A stretch of 64,000 bases of DNA, from NCBI GenBank assembly GCA_965202585.1, contig OZ241827.1, positions 52,266,001 through 52,330,000 of the forward strand, read 5' to 3'. The stretch is from Thalia democratica. Taxonomy: Eukaryota. Below, in pieces: positions 51,776 to 64,000 of the stretch. Position 1 is the first letter of the stretch. Each line of letters begins with the position of its first letter. The notes beneath the pieces are model-generated. The model saw nothing but the letters and a program-made list of their open reading frames with translations. It was not told the DNA's origin and ran no database searches. The position numbers were made by a program, and so were the translations under genes.

Positions 51776-52939
51776 TTAATTAAAAAAATCTACCTTCTTA
51801 AGTATTTAAAATTAAAATATTTTTTGAAGCTTGTAAACATTAAATTTCGTTTTGTTTTATTCATAACAATATAAAAATATAACAAAACAACAATTACTTT
51901 GTACCAGGGACGTAGCTAGCTCAAAAAAGTTACAAATCTGCAAAAATCAAAACATCTGAAATGACGCGTGATAACGTCCTAGCGGGATCACAGCAATTTA
52001 AACTACCTCTAATGTTATTGAATTTATTAAGAAAAAATGCAGTTATGTTAATACTTCAAAAATGGAATGTTGAAGTATGGGTGATAACTGCATGCAAGGC
52101 AATTTATTTTGCTCCACACCCCCTATGACTCTAACAACATTAAACATAAAATTGTATGATTTTGAAATAAAAGCTATAGCTTCCATTAGAATCAATTTTG
52201 CAATGCAGCTTTATGACAATTTATTAAATGTTTAACGCGTTATATGTATACAATTTAGATGTATTTAATTCGTTTTACGACACTAAAAATGCTAAAGAGT
52301 ACATACATGTCAAAATTATTTTTCAGCAGTGCATAACTAAGCTGAGAAAGCAGAGTCAAGTTTTTTCGCACATAGTATACGTTTCAGCATATTTGCAGAA
52401 ACCTACGTGCCTGCATTGTACACAGGAGTTGGTGCAAACATTTAAACCAGGTAAAATTGAAATAAATGCAGTTAGTGAAAGTTGACATTATATAGCTCAA
52501 GTATTAATATCTGCAACATAATTTTTTATAGCTGACAAACATCTACAACTATTAAGTACAAACTAAATTAAATTTAAAACTTTGAATTTGTCTCCATGAG
52601 AGTTTTTCAAGTTTGGCTTCAGTTGAAACTTGCTTGCAAAATAAAAAAAAATATATCATTACATATTTAAATTTTTAAACTATGTGAAGTTAATTGAAAG
52701 TTACATATGTTGTTTTCAATTGAAATAAATGAAATTTTTAGCTACAATTATTGCGAAAAGATGAAGTTTTGAAATAAAATTTATGTTGAGTTAATTTTAG
52801 ATAAAACAAAAGCATATCATTAGCGAATTATTTTTCAAAGCCCAATGTTTTGTTTGTTTTACGCGCGATACATTTTTTATTATTCTCAATTAGAATAAGC
52901 TTACTAGCTTTAAGTTAAAACCACTAAGAAACTTTAACC

Positions 52940-53356
52940 CAGGATTTCCAAAACTTTTTTCATAAGGCCCTCTTTAAAGAAATAAAAAAAGCTATGACCC
53001 CCTCCGACAAGATTCTAAAAATTCTTCCCCAAAATACACATAAGAGCTTTATTTTTTGCTCTTTACCATCAGTTCTAGAATATCTAGTGTAAGTTTCAAA
53101 TTATGGCCTAATAGTTCTCCCTTTTATAGCTTATGGTCCCCTACACTTCCTCATAATATCTGGTATAAGCTCCAAAATTACCTTTAAATACTTTTGAGAC
53201 CTTTTTTACTTTTCTATATTAACTCCAGAATATCTAGTGTAAGTTCCAAATTATGGCTCTCCTGTGGCACCTTTACTACCCATGGCCCACCTTTGTTGCT
53301 TATGACCCCCTAAATTTCTGTAATGGCGGCCATATGGCTCATTTTGAGAAACCCTG
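52940..53356. mobile_element. MITE family C, hAT-like termini
   Basis: CAGGATTTCCAAAAC ... TTTTGAGAAACCCTG with internal repeats GAATATCTAGTGTAAGTT.CAAATTATGG. The TSD is poorly preserved. Another end (AGTTTGGGAAACCCTG) is at ~1934-1949. Confidence 0.6.
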
Positions 53357-55243
53357 GTTTAAAGCAAAATATAAAGTCATATTATTTTTAAACCTTACTA
53401 GTGTTAAATGTAGTTATTTCACGACAAAAAGAAACAAATATTTCAATTAAAATAGTAAGTTAATTGACCATCGTCTCACCATAATAGTATTTTGAAATAA
53501 AGTTGTTATTTAAAATATTAAGTAAGCAGCACTTGATAAATTTTTGTTCGAAGAAATGTTTTACTAAGTTAGTGCTGAGAAAATTTTTTGTCGGTGGACT
53601 AGACTTATCAGAAAAATCTTAGCGGGTCGAATTTGTCAAAAAAAAGTGAAATTGAATGAAGTAATTATTTCCTTTTGCTAAAAATTTAATTATCAGTACA
53701 TTTCGATTCATTTGTTATCAAAACTCCAAGTTTTATTTGCTTGAGATGTTTCCAATTTAAAAAAGTACGTCGCGGGCTGCTGCCCATTCCTATACCAAGT
53801 GGTTCTACTATTTTTTTAGATTAGTTCAAAAAAAAAACTATTTAAGACTAATAAACTGTTCAAACAGAAATTTTATTCAAAAGTTTTTTAATTAAATGTG
53901 TTTTAAGTATCTTTCTATAATTTTGTTTAGCTGTTTTTCTATTGCTAATTTGTTATACAGCACAAAATGTGATAATGTTTAATAATTACTATTATAAATT
54001 TTTTGTGAGAAGTATAATATTAAAGCACCTTATCGAAGTAGACCAAGTATGGAGTATGAAAGGAATATACACAGTATGTTAAAAACTTAAGGTTGTTTTC
54101 ACAACTGAAATAGTCAACAACTACTTTTATAAGAGATATATAATGTATTAAAAAAAAATTAATTAACTTAATATTTTGTTAGGTTTTTTTTAATCAAATT
54201 TTTTTTTTAAATTTATTTATCATTAAACTGTCTATAAATGTGCGAAGCAAATAAAGTAATTAATTTGATGTTCAAAGTTTAGCTTTTAAGTACAGATGTA
54301 TATCTCTGAGAAATTAACTTGAAACAAGTTTGTTTAAAAAAGTTTGTACCGTTTTCAATGTTTTTTATTTACAAATGTTAGCTATTATGAATATATATAT
54401 ACTGACTAAAAGTAAAAAAAAAAATTTAAAACTTTCATAAGCAAAAATTTTCAAACTTATTTTTTAATGTTTAACAAAAAACAAAGATATATTACTAAAA
54501 ACAAAAGGTGATAGTTGACATTTAGAAATTAAAATGTACAGAAAACACAAAATACTCACCAATAAAATTTATTTTAATCAAATAAACTCAAACAATTTTT
54601 TTCAATGCAATACTTTTGGATCATAAATGTTTATTTTTGAGTAATCTATGGGCACAGCTTTTTCTAGTTTAACATCGACTAAATAGTCAATGAAATACAG
54701 ATACCTAATAAATTATATCTATAAAAAGCTATAAAAACTTTAATTCTGAAGGCAGTTTGAAACCTTTATATAAATATACTCAAAAATATATAAATTAAAT
54801 TAATATTTACATGTTTAAAAATGAAGTCTAAATAACTGAAACAGTTTAAAACGCTAAAAATTACTGTCTCTTAATAAATAACTTATTTCAAAAACTGGAT
54901 GAGTTAATAAAAACTGCACGAAATACACAATTATAAAAACCTAGAAAACAATTTCCTTAAAATTAAACTTTAAGACAACAGAATATAATATTCCAAAAAA
55001 AATATTTTAGTAGAGTTTTATTTCGATAAAATCTTAAAACAGGCAATTTCAGCCGGGCTAATTTCTTAACTCACTTAAAAAATAGACTTATGACTGTTGG
55101 GTATTTTTTGCAACAAATATTTATATTTAAAAAACACAAAAAATTGAACTTGTAAAATCTGACGCTCGCTTGCCAAACCACCTCTTTTCGATTCAAAACG
55201 TCACACGCAACAGTGACGTAACAATCACCCGATGACGTCACGA

Positions 55244-63449
<8,206 letters not shown>

Positions 63450-63546
63450 CTAATAGAAAATTAATGCATATGAATATTATTAATATTTTAAGTTAATGCA
63501 ATTTAAAGAACATATATATAACAATATTTTTGTACTTGCTTATATA

Positions 63547-64000
63547 AGGGCATAGGGGGTGGGTTGATTTTTACAAGTTGATCTTATTTTATAGAGTTTT
63601 ATCTAAGCTATCAGAATTTTTAACCGCTTTAAAAAATTCAAAGTATTTTTTGAGATATGAGAGATCAAAGTCAGTGACCTTAAAAGGTTCCTAATGGAAG
63701 AGGAAAACTAAAAAGGAAAAAAACCATTTCAGTAAAAATCTATCTCCTCCTTCATTTTTTAAACAATCTTCTTCAAATTTTCACAGAAAGTATACTAATA
63801 AATCTTAAAAAGATTGAATGCAGGAATTTTTTTAATTTTAAATAATAAAATTTTTATTGAAAAAAAATCTTTTTTTTTTTGTGTTTTTATCTAAATTTTT
63901 TCTTTTTAAATATTTTTAAAATTCCAACATTCAAAGTCTTACAAACTATAAAAGGAACGTTTCCTGAAAGTTTAAGGTCTCTATCTTAAAAAATGAAGGA
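63547..64000. mobile_element. MITE family A, truncated by window end
   Basis: TA|AGGGCATAGGGGG start followed by family A internal blocks. Confidence 0.7.

Noticed and set aside
4957-53450. Short low-complexity ORFs (4957-, 6973+, 18109-, 18230+, 44721-, 53253+ and similar)
   Set aside because: They fall within MITEs, minisatellites or AT-rich filler, with F/K/I/L-biased composition and no splice or homology support.

Overview
AT-rich metazoan (invertebrate) genomic DNA with GT-AG introns. The taxon is not identifiable from the sequence; operon-like gene spacing and TGACGTCA-rich UTRs weakly suggest a tunicate-like animal. Five protein-coding loci were reconstructed by hand, all on the minus strand. 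From the right end they are: an RCC1+BTB gene (RCBTB1/2-like, 10 exons, N-terminus outside the window); a frameshifted C-type lectin; an intronless HMCES/SRAP gene; PIP4K2 (10 exons, 403 aa); and an ATF4/ATF5-type bZIP gene (5 coding exons, up to 443 aa). Introns and intergenic DNA are filled with non-autonomous DNA transposons (several MITE families, nested insertions, a 949-bp foldback element with a 9-bp TSD) and two decayed CR1/L2-like LINEs. The main observations are: (1) a complete ATF4-style two-uORF translational switch, with uORF2 split by an intron and covering seven in-frame main AUGs; (2) an Asn-to-Asp change at the invariant bZIP DNA-contact residue; (3) a duplicated alternative terminal exon giving PIP4K2 a new ~60-aa longer basic tail, plus decayed duplicates of other exons; (4) a tight HMCES-PIP4K2 pairing suggestive of an operon or nested retrogene; (5) a 156-bp TSD-flanked insert with a perfect 38-bp hairpin; (6) CpG-poor 5' exons versus CpG-rich 3' exons. 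All coordinates and counts were read by eye; no database searches were run.
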